This document shows, in pieces, positions 46,035 through 58,699 of a stretch of 64,000 bases of DNA. Numbering within the stretch: the stretch's first letter is position 1; the number at the start of each line of letters is the position of its first letter. Source of the stretch: Eledone cirrhosa (Eukaryota); contig OZ024746.1 in the NCBI GenBank assembly GCA_964016885.1, positions 42,780,001 through 42,844,000 on the forward strand, read 5' to 3'. The position numbers and the translations under genes are program-made. Under the pieces are notes generated by a model. The model did not search any database. It was given only the letters and a program-made list of their open reading frames with translations, and had not been told where the DNA came from.

Positions 46035-47562
46035 CCAATGACATATCGATATGTAACACAAACTTCAAAACGCCCGACACCCACCTCATCACCTATAGAT
46101 CCAGGGAACATTCTAGTCAGATAGAATTTATCCTTACCAGAAAATTGTGATGTCATTGGCGAGAAGTGTGTCCGGGATGATAAAGGCACATTTGCCCTCA
46201 TAGGTACCGAAAAGAAAGCTGCATGGAAGAGCCATTATGAAAGATTACTGAATGAAGAGAATGCATTGGAGAAAGAGACGCTACCACAAGTGAACATCAC
46301 AGAGGTCCCAACTGTACAAGTCAGCAACAGTAAGTAAGGCAATTAAGGATATGAAGACCGGGAATGCAACTGGTCCATCAGGAATAGTTGCCGAGATGTT
46401 TAAAGCATCTAGGTCAGTAGATCACACCATAACCCCACACATTGTAAACCAAATAAAACTAAATGGTGTCATACTGAATGATTGGTGCAGTAGCATCATT
46501 GTCAACTGCTACAAAGGTAAGGTGATGCACTAGGTAGAGGAAACTATAGAGGCATCAAGTTGATGGATCAAGTCATGAAAATAACAGAGTTATAGCACAG
46601 CTGATTAGGGACTGGGTAAATCTGGATGAGATGCAGTTCAGATTTGTACCAGGCAAAAGCACCATAAGTGCTCTCTTCCTGGTGAAGCAGCTACAGGAAA
46701 AGTACCTAGCTAAAAGTAAGCTGCTCTACCTACCATTTGTTGATCTAGAGAAAGCTTTCAACAGCGTGCCCTGTGTCATAATCTGATGGGCTCTTAGAAA
46801 ACTAGGAGTAGATGAGTGGCTTGTGAAGGCTGTATAAGCCATGTATAGGGGTGCAGTCAGCAAATTTAGGATTAACAATGTCTATAGTGAGGAATTTAGC
46901 GTCCACTAGGGCTCTGTTCTTAGCCCTCTCCTGTTTATTATCATACTGCAGGCTATAACAAAGGCATTTAAGACTGGTTACCCATGGGCAATCCTGAATG
47001 CGGATGATCTTACACACATAGTGGAATCTGTGTTGGAACTAGAGAAGAAATTCCAAACATGGAAGCAAGGCCTAAAAACAAGAGGTCTTAAAGTTAACCT
47101 GACAAAAACTAAGGTCCTAGTAAGTAGAAGAAAAAAACTGCATTCTGATCCCCTCAGGTAAATGGCCTGGCCTAGTATGTAGGAAAGGTATAGGTAGAAA
47201 TTCCATCCTCTGCCCCAACTGCAAACTATGGGTACATAAGAGAAGTAGTGGGATCTTGGGAAGTTTAGCTAAGAATGTAGGCTTTATATGTAGCAGTTGC
47301 ACTGGGGAAGTAAGCAGCATACGAGCACAGGAAACAAGTGCTTTCAAATTCAAGGAAGGCTCAATGGAAGCAGTAGACAACTTCTGCTACCTGGGTGACC
47401 AAATTAACAGTGTTCTGAAGGTAGTAGCCAGAGTGAGAATGGGATGGAAGAAATTGAGGGAGCTACTATCACTGCTAGCTACAAAAGGCTTACCCCTCAA
47501 AATGAAAGGCAGACTGTATGATGCATGCATACGAATAGCAATGTTGCACGGTAGTGATGTTT
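46035..47562 (+). pseudogene. Decayed RTE LINE (end of APE endonuclease, RT and PHD finger), many stops and indels
   Basis: ICNTNFKTPDTHLITYRS..SQIEFIL; MKTGNATGPSGIVAEM; NYRGIKLMDQVMK; DLEKAF; NSILCPNCKLWVHKR; VDNFCYLG; MKGRLYDACIRIAMLHGS. Confidence 0.9.
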
Positions 47563-47744
47563 AGCCATTTATGTATATTATTTCATAGGTCCTCTGCACA
47601 AACCACCCACATCTCTCTACTCTGTAGCTTTGCTTTTCGTATACATGCATCATACAATTTGTCCTGAGAAGTTGATATAGGTTGTTTCCTGTGAGTGCTT
47701 GTTGCTTAAGTGGACTCAGCAGAGGGACCAGCTGTGCAAGTCAG

Positions 47745-48630
47745 CAGCAGCATTGTAAAGCAATTAAGGACATGAAGATAGACAAAGCAGTTGGGCTATC
47801 AGAAATAGTTTTTTGAGATTCTGAAACCACTTGCATCATAAACCAACTCATACAAAATGTTACCATACACAATAACTGGCATAGCACCAACAATGTCAAC
47901 TGCTACAAGGGCAAAGGTGATGCACTAGACAGAGGAAACTACTGAGGGAAAAAATTGATGAACCAGATCATGAAAGTTACTGAAAGAGTCATTGTACAAT
48001 TGATTAGGGATCAAATTAACTTAAATGAGATGCAGTTTGGATTTATGCCAAGTAAAGTACCATGGATGCTCCCTTCTTTGTGAGACAACTGCAGGAGATG
48101 TACATAGCTAAATGTAAACTTCTCTATTTGGCATTTGTTGACCTGGAGAAACATGTGACAGGGTCCCCCATTCTGTAATCTGGTGGGCACTTAAGAAACT
48201 AGGAGTAAATTGGTGGCTTGAGAAGGCAATAAAAAGCCTTGTACCTTGTACAGGTGTGCAGTTGGCAAGGTTAAAATTAACAATGACTATAGTGGGGAAT
48301 TTAGCATGTAAGTTGGGGTCCACCAGGGCTCTGTTCTTCACCCGTTCCTGTTTACTATCACCCTCCAGGCTATAACAGACAAATTTAAAACAGGCTGCCC
48401 TTGGAAACTCCTGTATGCTGATGATCTCACTCTCATAGATGAATCTATGACAGAACTGGAGAAAAGATTTCTTACCTGAAAGCATAACTTAGAATCAAAA
48501 GGTCTTAAAGTCAACTTAGCAAAGACTAAAGCTCTAGTAGAAAGGAAATCAAGGCCCTGATCCCTTTAGAGAAATGGCCCTGCTCAATGTGTAGAAAAGG
48601 GTTGGGTAGAAATTCCATACTTTGTCCCAT
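47745..48630 (+). pseudogene. Second decayed RTE RT copy, truncated inside the PHD finger
   Basis: [50 protein letters not shown]. Confidence 0.9.
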
Positions 48631-48814
48631 CAATTTCGGCATATGAGGATCCAAACAATCTCTTCGGTTTATTCACTTTGAAAGTTTATGCTGGGTTTGA
48701 CATTTTAGTCTTGCCAAGGATTTGTAAACATTCACAGATCATACAAGAGTGAGGATTACTGGACTATGTTTCTGGTATGTTTGATAATAATTTTGTCCTG
48801 TCTTGCATATATAT

Positions 48815-49205
48815 ATCATCATCATCATCACCACCATTTTATGTCTGTTCTTCCATGCTAGCATGGGTTAGACGGGTTGCCCTGTTGTGAGCAGTGTCCG
48901 GTCGGCTGACCTTGTCTTGCTCATACGGGAACTGATTCTGTCTTGATTTCTACAGCTGGATGCCCTTCCTAACACCAACCTCATTTACAGTGATTGCTGG
49001 GTGCTTTTTTGCCGTGGCACCTCCACGACCACTTTGCAGTGGAATGATAGGGACCTCAGTCCTATCATCTCATTTTTACAGCTGAGTAAACTGGAGCAAT
49101 GTGAAATAAAGTGTCTTGCTCAAGGAAACAACACATCACCCAGTCCGAGAATTTAACTCACAACCTTTCGATTGCAAGCCCAATGCTCTAACCACTAAGC
49201 AATGT
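48815..49205 (-). mobile_element. Full-length SINE family B (tail variant A)
   Basis: A tRNA-like head at 49150-49205, the V-like segment, the core, aacccatgctagcatggaagaacagac and a (GAT)n tail. Confidence 0.9.
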
Positions 49206-49234
49206 GCTCTCACACACACACATATATATCAAAC

Positions 49235-49280
49235 ATACCTGATGACCCTGTGCATATACAGGTGAAACACCAGAGTAGCA
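49235..49280 (+). ncRNA. Degenerate hammerhead-like motif (Penelope-type terminus)
   Basis: CTGATGA (49239-49245), stem cctgt-gcatat-acagg, then GAAAC..GTA. Stem I and the stem II closing pair are imperfect. Confidence 0.35.
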
Positions 49281-49518
49281 AGACTCATTATTTAGACATA
49301 ATAAATTAATATTTAAACATTTCTTCAGTATTGAGTACTCTTTTCTTTCATTTGTCAACTACATATGGATATATATATATGTATATATACTCACACATAC
49401 ATTTTCATATATTTGAGTCTGTGTATGCAAAAGCTTAATGAAGGAAAACAACACAGGACAATGATCTAGTACAATGATGGTATATATTAGTTCAACACTT
49501 GATATAGTAGGAAAAGAT

Positions 49519-49554
49519 TCCTAATGTTTCGGATGTTAGACCTTCATTAGGATA
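49519..49554 (-). ncRNA. Degenerate minimal hammerhead ribozyme copy
   Basis: The minus strand reads CTAATGA-A-GGtctaacatCC-GAAAC-ATT, and its flank is homologous to that of the 53912 copy. Confidence 0.45.
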
Positions 49555-50334
49555 TAAAATAAGAGAAAAAGAAATATAAAGATAAATGAGATAGTTATAA
49601 TTAATATTATGTGAAGAGCAAACAATAGGACATATCTCATCAGCAGAAAAAGCACAATGATTCTTAGATATGCAATGATAAGGGCAAGTCAACAATGATA
49701 AATAGGTGACATTGCATGAAAGAGAGTGGGTTTGGAGGAAGATATAAAACAAGTATGTTTTAGGAATGATTTTGGTAAAAAGTAATAATGTTAATTATAT
49801 ATCTATTCCATCTGAGCAGCTCTTATTAATCAGTCAGTACAAAATAACTAATATGTACTCTAGTGCTGAGTACCTGACAAACAGCATATTGCCATGTCAC
49901 CTTATCCAGGAAACCAAGCATCATTAGATCAGACTTCAGAAATTCTTACTGTGTCTTCCTTGATTTTTACTCTGCTGCAACATACAGCTCAAACCACCAT
50001 TTCATTTGTTACTCATCATCCATTCACAGTTGTATGTTCAAACTGATGCAATGATTTGACAGATTCAAAATCTGTTTCAACAATTGATTTTATTACAATA
50101 TTTTCAAACAATGTTATGTTTGATTGGGTTCATTTCTCTTACATCACTAAACATTAGGTTGATTTGGTTCATGTCTCCCACTTGTAATATAGTCTCACTA
50201 TTCATGTGAAAGAATTTTTGTTTTTACACTTTGAAGCAATTGCTTAAGTGAAAGGAAGTTCCTGGAAAGCATTAACAGATTTTAACATCAAGATTTTGAA
50301 GACCCAGTCTTTTGCAATGCAACATTTATAATAA

Positions 50335-50525
50335 TTGTTTCTACTTTTGGCACAAGGCCAGCAATTATTCCAGTGTATTACTGGTACTTTATTTTATCGA
50401 CCCCGTAAGGATGAAAGACAAAGTTAAGCTCGGCGGGATTTGAACTCAGACCATAAAGGACCGTAACTCTTTGCTGCAAAGTATGGCGTCCGACCCTCTA
50501 CCGATACTGCCAATCCACTGCCCTA
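50335..50525 (-). mobile_element. SINE family A
   Basis: Close inverse homolog of 22524-22722. Confidence 0.9.
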
Positions 50526-51994
50526 CTTACAACATTAATAATAATGAAAATAAGATAGCATATAATAAAACTATAGGAAAGGCATGAACATTAGATCCCA
50601 CACCATTTTTTATTCTAAATATATTTGAGGACTTGTGACAATATAAAAATCAATATTTCTTATACTATTGTTATAGGAAAGTAATATATAACAAGTAATA
50701 TATAACAAATTAGACAACAGCAGTTTCTGTGATATTTTATGCAATAAAGACAATTGAGTAGAATTTTCATCATTTTACCATTAACTTTGCCTAACTTGCA
50801 TATCAGTTTTACCTTGAGTTCACATATTTATGTGCTTTAAATTACCTTATTTTACTGAATAATGCTTCAACTTGAAAAATTGAATATTTCGATATCATTA
50901 TCTCTTCAGGACATAAGTTTAATATAACTTTTAGTCATATCACTACAAGATCGACTGAACTTACTCTGGCTCTTCAAGATTTACTTAATTTATTTGGTTA
51001 CTTGTATAAAGATAAAGTGTTTGCTTTTAGAAGAACAGGAAATAGAAATTTGAAACATTCATGCCTTCCTCCCTGAAATCAGAAATCAGAATGTGATCGC
51101 AGTTGACAATGCCAAGTTATCATGCATATATTTACTCATTTTGATAGTGTAAACATTTTTGTTACATTTACATATTGTAGCTTATATATCTATATATATA
51201 TTTCCCTTTTTTCTGCATTACAATTTGCACAACTTGCCTGCACCATATACTGTTCTGTTTCCACTTATAAGACCATATATTCTTATTTACATGTGCTTTC
51301 CATACTAGCAGGGATTGGACACACACACACATCATACATACACATATATATACACATATATATATATGTGTGTGTGGCCAACTATTTGATATCTTAGTTG
51401 AAAGACTCTCCATTGTTTTTTTCTATCTCTGAGCATTTATGTTTCCTCATATGCAACTTTCAAGCAATTTAAGCCGTCATGCAAACTGGGCTCAATATTA
51501 TGCAACCATACTCTTATGCACGAAATTATATATATTTCTTGAAATGCATGGTAACTAAGGATATGTTTTTGTTGGTATTAATTCATAGGGTACAAATGGC
51601 TGCAATATCTGGAACCTTCAAAATCTGTAAGACATTCTGATGATTCAAAGTATGAATTCTTACACATGGGACAACAACAATTTCCTTTTCTTTAGTAAAT
51701 CCCTTGCCACTTAGTAAATCCCTTGCCACTAAGAAGGTGGTCAGTCAAAAATAAACTCAAAATTAAGAGAAAGAGAGAATATGCATACATACATATGTGT
51801 ATGTTGTCTATTTTGTGTAGTTTTCTTTTCTATATGAAGGCGTGATTTGTGTTTTCCAACATTCTCTACATTTGAACTTTCAATTAATTCTTTATAGTTG
51901 TCAGAGTAACTTCTAGAAAATGTTATACTTTATCTAGAAAATGTGGTACTTTATCTAGAACTGGAATAGAATGGACCACCATTGATTTCCATTT

Positions 51995-52310
51995 GTTGAA
52001 TTAATGGAACAGCCTGGTAATAAAATTAACATGTAAGTGACTGAGCATTCAACAGACACACGTATCCTTAATGTAATTCTCAGGGAAACTCAGTGTAACA
52101 CAGTGTGTGAAAAGACTGGCCCTTTAAATTTCAGATACAATCAATTCAATGGGCTACCAAACAGTTTTCGTCAACTAAATTTCACTCACAAGATATGAGA
52201 ACGCATGGGTTGACCTGATCCTATGGTAAATGACACAGGCTCAAGATATCATGCAGTGAAATTGGAACCTAGACCTAATGAGTGTGAAGCAAACCTCTTA
52301 AACATTTGAT
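51995..52310. mobile_element. Two old SINE fragments (+ 3' part at 51995-52140; - head and body at 52155-52310)
   Basis: ggaacagcctg..acagacacacgtatccttaatgtaattctcaggga..ctggccctt and cactcacaag..gacacaggctcaag..gaacctagacc..gaagcaaacctctta resemble abundant octopus SINEs as I recall them (not searched). Confidence 0.55.
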
Positions 52311-53105
52311 CATGCTACATCCACATCTAGAAGTAACTATTGCTTTTATTCTATCATTTGATCATGCTACATCCACACCTAGAAGTAACACTGTTTTTAT
52401 TAAGCTGTAAGTATTACTGGTCTAGCATCTAAACATACCTAGTATGCCCATTTAGTTAGGAACTCTGCATACTTTAAAATGATAGTCTATTCAATCTCAA
52501 ATGAATAAAATTATTCTGAGAAAGAAAGTTTTTTTCTATTTGACAGTCCACTGATACAATTCATATGTCATTCCTAATTAACAGAAGTGCTTGCTTGCTA
52601 GAAGCTCAATCCTTCAGCAGTCACCATCCTCTTCTAAGGAAAATATAATGTTTACCTGCATTCTCTTTTTGCAATTTTATTTGCTATACTTCTTCCAAAG
52701 ATGCAATTAAACTCATGCATACCCTCTCTCTCTATCACAAATATATGAGCAATACAAAGTTAAGAAATATATAATAATTCAGAAACTGCTTGACTAAACC
52801 TTTCACACTGCTTAAAAATCGTACCTTGTGATTATTGTAGCAAAATAAAATAAAAACTAATATTCTTTTTTCTTTGCTGTTTTATTTTTCAGTAGATGAC
52901 CATCATATGTCATACATTTAGCCATACTGACATCGATTTCACACAATTTTGTCCTACATCAGCCTCAATGCTACTGATAATTTTGTTGATGCTTTTGTTT
53001 ACACTATTTGCATGAGGTTTGACTGAGTGGTTTGTGATTTGATGCCATTCAAATCATCATCTCTGACAGAACAAGCTTAAACAACTTCCCACAGGCCAAT
53101 TCCTC

Positions 53106-53370
53106 TGACATACCACTTTCACTAACATATTGAGAAGGAACCTGGATGCAGCTGGCTTCCCATCACAACTGGAGCCAGCCGGCCTCAACTACAGAGATGG
53201 CAAGCACCCCGACAGAATTATCCTCTTTGCATTCGAAGGAAGTAAATCCCTCATGTGATATGGGACACCACATGTGGTGACACATTCTCCACCTCCATCT
53301 TAGTCATTTCAGCCTGAAACAGTGGACCGCAGTGCAGAGGACAGGAAGACAAACAAATACTGCGACTTCT
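53106..53370 (+). mobile_element. CRE-clade (restriction-like endonuclease) non-LTR retrotransposon C-terminal relic
   Basis: *HTTFTNILRRNLDAAGFPSQLEPAGLNYRDGKHPD..KSLM / WDTTCGDTF..AEDRKTNKY matches the RH..EP.GL.R.DGKRPD..WD.T..K..KY RLE signature. Confidence 0.75.
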
Positions 53371-53794
53371 CCGGCTCCTCTTCACATTTAATATTTCCTC
53401 TATGTCTCATATTTGCCTAACACAAAACTTGTAGCAAACTAAATATTTAACTATTATTTGAAATTTATTATGGAAAGTCTAATGAATGTATTTAGGTATG
53501 TTATATTATTATATTTCAAACCTGTGCTGTAAAAAGATAAATTGGTTAACATATCAGTATCACAAGCTTTGGTAATCACACCACTTGCTTTTATATTCAA
53601 GTTGTTTTCCAGATAAAATATAAGAAAAATCCTTAATGAGAAAAACATTCATGGCTATCCTTATTCTAAACTATTTGCAATTCTTGCAAACTAACCATAA
53701 TTATATATATTTATATATCATCATCATTATCATATAACGTCCATCTTCCACACTATCATGGGGAGGACATACACACACACACACACACACACAC

Positions 53795-53825
<31 letters not shown>

Positions 53826-53911
53826 TAAAATGTAAACAGAAATAACAACACAATCGGTACAGTATATGAAAGGAATATATTAGGTTAATGCTTGATGTAG
53901 CAGGAAGAGGG

Positions 53912-53947
53912 TCTTAACGTTTCGGATACTAGTCCTTGATCAGAAGA
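53912..53947 (-). ncRNA. Minimal type I hammerhead ribozyme motif (one core substitution)
   Basis: The minus strand reads TCTT-CTGATCA-A-GGA-ctagta-TCC-GAAAC-GTT-AAGA. This gives stem I TCTT/AAGA, stem II GGA/TCC, and palindromic AACGTT in place of stem III; core G8 is C. Confidence 0.6.
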
Positions 53948-55983
53948 AAGAATAAGAAATTAGATAGATTGAAGGGACGGGCGGGGTGGAATTGGAAAAA
54001 ATGTCTTTCATGTTGCCATCATTTATATATGCAAAAGGTAAACAGAAATAATAAAGCAAATGACACAGTACATAGAAAAAATATATTAATTTAACGCTTG
54101 ATATGGTAGGAAAAGAGTTGTAACCTTTTTGACACATGGTTTAACTAAGTATAAATAGCTATTATCGTGATTAACTTTGAGCTATTTATTTTCAAGGATA
54201 GTATAGAATAATATAGATTTGAAGCCCTCAGATATTACATGGTTATTTGGTTGAAATATGTGCAATACTTCTTTAAATAATTTGTTAATTATTGTTAACA
54301 TAAGGTATTTCAGGTTTGTTATAATTTTGCACTGGTAATACTGACATTAATAAAATAAAATGTTTAAGGAAGTATTCACTCTCTACTTTGACTGTGTGTA
54401 TCCTGAAGTGAAAACGTTAAATGTTTTTCATGAATAAGTCATTACAAAGACAATTGAGTTGTAAGAACATTTATATCAGAAATCAATGTAAATGTCTAAA
54501 TATGAAGAACCAGTTATATAAGGAGAACAGAAGAATTTCAAAAAAATATTCTGTAAATTTATGTTATAATACATTGTTAACATTATTCTTAAATCTGAGG
54601 GATGGAAAGTGGAGTGAAAATAAAATATTCTTTTGCATGAAAATTACAAATGTATACAAGTCACTATTTTAAGCAGTTAGGGTATTAATTAATTAATTAT
54701 TTAATTAATCTGCAATGCAGTTAATTTGGTTAATCAACAATATTTAGATTATCAGATTTGGTTAAACTGATTGTAGACTAGTTCTCTATCATGGGAATAT
54801 GTTATCAAAATGATTCCCAGTATAGAAAATCATCTTTCAAATATATATATATATATATATAAAAGGAAATGATACTGAGAGTGAAAATAAATTAGACTTG
54901 CATTCTTGAAATTGAGGCCACATAATTAAAAAAATACTTCAAAGCCTGAGCACTGGCTTTGACATTTATTAATGAATGAAAATTAACTAAGAACCTAATA
55001 GTTATTCTTGATATAATTGATAATATAGGTAGCTTGAAAATTCATATTTTTCCAAGTTTTTATCAAATATAAATCATATAAAACTTCATATTTCATTGCT
55101 GAATTAATTGAAGGTGTGCACTAATTGGAAATATGAATCTAAATGTTAACATGACATGTATTAATGGGACAAGTTCATAAATTTTAATGGCAGCATTGAA
55201 GTGACCATACTCCAACAATAACAAGTGTAGTGGATTTGGCCTATCTTTATCTCATATAAATGTATGTGACAGAGGTATGTTTTGGATCTAACTAAAAATT
55301 TCAACACCAATGTGATAAAATGATGCCAAATTAAGAAGCACATAAACCATTTCAACTCAAGATATCAAAAGAGAATATTTAAACAAATTATGATTAATAA
55401 GATGATGATTGCTTGATTTTGAACCATGCTACAATATATTAATAAGGTAAAACTATGACCAAGACAACAGGTCCATTGTTTATTGAATATATGGCATTTT
55501 TCCAGTAACTAGTGAAAGGGAATGTGAAGAAGGCTTTGTTGTTTGCTTCAACATTTATTATAGATATATTAGAAATTTTCTGGTAGCAAATGAGAACAAA
55601 GAAAATTTCTTCAAATTAACACTGAGAAGGAATGTTTTAAAAGTATTGGTCATTCATTATTCAACCAAGAAATTGATTTAGTTCACTATTTGCTATTAGC
55701 ATCTTAATTGCTAATTGTTACTGTTAAGGAGAAAGTAATATACTTTAGTTTACTGTAGACAAGTTGGGCAGTTCACTGTTATAAGCAGAAAGTACACATA
55801 TAATTAAGTAAATAATGGTAGAAATCTATTGACAAATTTACCGTATTGACAAAAACTGAACTAAAAAAATAATATTACTTGAAAACATAATGAAGTAAAG
55901 AAAGAAAATGAAATAAACCATACTTTTATATTCCTCCTAACCAATTATTTTACCTTAAACAATTTTATTCTAATAATGTCATC

Positions 55984-56520
55984 CTGAAGCAGGTGGAGAA
56001 GTTCAAGTATCTCGGGGCTGTGCTCACTAGTGAAGGAGGCAGGAAGGTGAATTAAGTGCAAAAATTGCAGAAGCTGGTGCAGTAATGTGCCAGCTTCAGC
56101 ATTCAGCAATTAGAAGGGAGGTAGGTGTAAAAAGACAAACTCGTGATCTTCAATTCAGTATTTATGCCAGCCCTTAACTATGGTAATGAATTTTGGGTAA
56201 AACTATGGTAATGAATTTTGGGTAATGACCGAAAGAATATGATCGCAAATATAAGCGGCCAAAATGGAGTTCCTTCAAAGGGTCTTTGGAGCAACATTAC
56301 TTGATGAAGTGCATAGCTCTATTTTGAGAGATCACAGCTCTGATACACTGGGCATGTGGGAATGTCTCAGGAAAGAATTGCTGGACAGCTTTTATGGGCA
56401 AAACCAGCCGGCTGAAGACCCAGGAACAAGATGGTTGGATAACATCCATGATCTTGGCTGGTCTCACTTGGAGATCTAGCCAGATTAGTTGGAGATGGTT
56501 GCTTCTGACAGGACCAGCCA
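55984..56520 (+). mobile_element. Rex3/Expander-like RTE fragment
   Basis: LKQVEKFKYLGAVLTSEG; SVFMPALNYGNEFWVMTERI..IxAAKMEFLQRVFG; contains an internal 25-bp duplication at about 56177-56226. Confidence 0.8.
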
Positions 56521-56534
56521 ACACAGGATGATTT

Positions 56535-56988
56535 ACTTTTTTCTTCTTCTCCCACTTATTTACTGAAAGGGTCATGGGGGCAGAGTCCTCAAACACTCCT
56601 TCTAGCGGGTCCTCTCTGAAACAACCACCTCCAACTCATCCAGCTGGATCCCCAAGGGAGACCAGCCAAGCTTATGGATATTATCCAATCATCTTGTTTG
56701 GGGTCTACTCCTGGATCACATGCCATAAAATCTGTCCATTTATTTCCTGATGCATTCCAACCACATGCCCATAGTATCGGAACTGTGATCTCTTAATTCG
56801 GAGAAGTAGCGGAGCTACCTGGAGTGACTCGCTGATCTCTGAGCTATGCACTCTCAAGTAAAGTTACTCCACAGACCCTTCAGAGGACTCCATTTCGGCT
56901 GCTTGTATTCATGATTGTATTCTTTCGGTCATAACCAAAGATTCATGTCCATAGGTAGGGGTTGGCATGAATACCAAATTAAAGATAG
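56535..56988 (-). mobile_element. Rex3/Expander-like RTE 3' fragment, inverted relative to its neighbour
   Basis: The minus strand reads VFMPTPTYGHESLVMTERIQS*IQAAEME and ends in the tail gagaagaagaaaaaag. Confidence 0.8.
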
Positions 56989-57057
56989 TGTATAGTTAAA
57001 TTAACATAGAGAAAATATAGGTTAATACAATGCGAGGAAAGGAAGAGTGACATTTAT

Positions 57058-57126
57058 ATATCTTATGAAATATCTAATGAAATATCTTATGAAATATCTA
57101 ATGAAATATCTTATGAAATATCTAAT
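57058..57126. repeat. Short tandem repeat (atatcttatgaaatatctaatgaa) x about 3
   Basis: Seen directly. Confidence 0.85.
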
Positions 57127-57304
57127 CACAAGAATAATGAAGGTTGCTTAGTCAGTAAAACACTGGATTAAATAAAGAAAGTATGTTTGAAATGTGGTGA
57201 GTGATGTTTAGAATTGAAATAGAAATAGAAGCTTCACATATTTTGACAAAATAATATAAACCCACCGAATGGAAAAATTTGGGTATCATTGATACCCATA
57301 TTTT

Positions 57305-57515
57305 TCTGGTGGATTAGCAGTATCCTTAGAGCATCGGACACTATGATTTGCAGATTTACTGGCCCTTTATGAGTTCTGAGTTCCTGCTGGGGTTAGCTTT
57401 GCTTTTCATCCTTAGAGGGTCAATAACATAAATCACCAGTAATGTACTGGGGTCGATTTAATCGACTTTCATCTCCCCTTTAAATTGCTGGCCTTGTGCC
57501 TAAATTAGAAACTAT
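57305..57515 (+). mobile_element. SINE family A
   Basis: ggtggattagcagtatccttagagcatcggac..gctttgcttttcatccttagagggtcaataa..ggccttgtgcctaaattagaaac. Confidence 0.85.
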
Positions 57516-58699
57516 AATTTAGTCAAAATATTACTGTGCAACTGGATTAAATATGTTACCCTATCTATCATTTAATGATAAAATAAATACCTGTAATATA
57601 CTAGTGTGAAATATAATTACTATACCCCCACCACCACCATCACAACAACAACAGAAAATGGTGTTGTGCCTAATGGAAATAGATCAAAATTTTCAATAAA
57701 TTATTTCATGATTAATAAAAGGAATTATTCTCTTACTGAAAACTGATTCTATTGTAGCATCTTTAAATAGCACTCAAATATAATATGTTGTTTGGCAGAC
57801 ATGGAATAGAAATTGTCATTAAAGAATAAGTATGCATTAAGATTAATCTTCTTGGCTGAAATAAAATTACAGAATTCTTCTCATAACAACTGATTACATT
57901 TAAAACACAATACTATATTTAAAATGAACCCAAATGAGCAATATCTCAGAATAACAAAATCCATCTTTGGGAAAATAGAGTTCTGAAATTTAAATTTCAA
58001 TCTAATGTCAAATTTGTATATTGGTTATTAAAGATTTATGGTTTCTGTTTTCACTGGATATAATGATATAGTTTCTGTCATTATATCTCATTACTCTTCC
58101 CATTGTTCTATTTATAGCATTAAAACAAAGCTACATTTGTATATGAAAATATCATAAGATATATTGACATTTTTATATATTAATATATTTTTTCCTTTTG
58201 TATACATAGCACCTTTTTCTTTTTTTTTTTTCTTTTTCCTAGTCATGAAAAATATCAATTTACCATCCTTAAGATTGGTGGAATAAATTGTTGGAAAAAA
58301 TATAAACATAATAAAGCCTTGCATAGAAAACAGAACGTTTGGTCTATATGATAGCTTTAGTCATGTCAAAATTGACATAAAATAATCCTAATTTAGATTA
58401 CATCTCTATCAACTTCTTACACGAGGGGAAATCATTATTGGAAACCTTATAAGTTAATTTGATGTCTTCTAAGTGATCAGTTTCAATTGTCGTCTATAAA
58501 TCATTAAATTGCATACTAATAGGTGTAAGTTGATTTTGCTTACCTTGCACTGGTGAATCAGCATTCATTGTGTATATGTATAAAAGTAGGGATGTAATTG
58601 ATACTGATTGACTCATATAACTCTTCATTGACTAGAGCTAGTTCATTGTCTTGGCTGATACGCTTTATCTCCCTTTACACATAGAAGGAGTTTAAAAAG

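Noticed and set aside
51693-52390. Small tandem duplications (19 bp at 51693, about 21 bp at 51912, about 35 bp at 52303/52355)
   Set aside because: Ordinary slippage duplications with no further structure.
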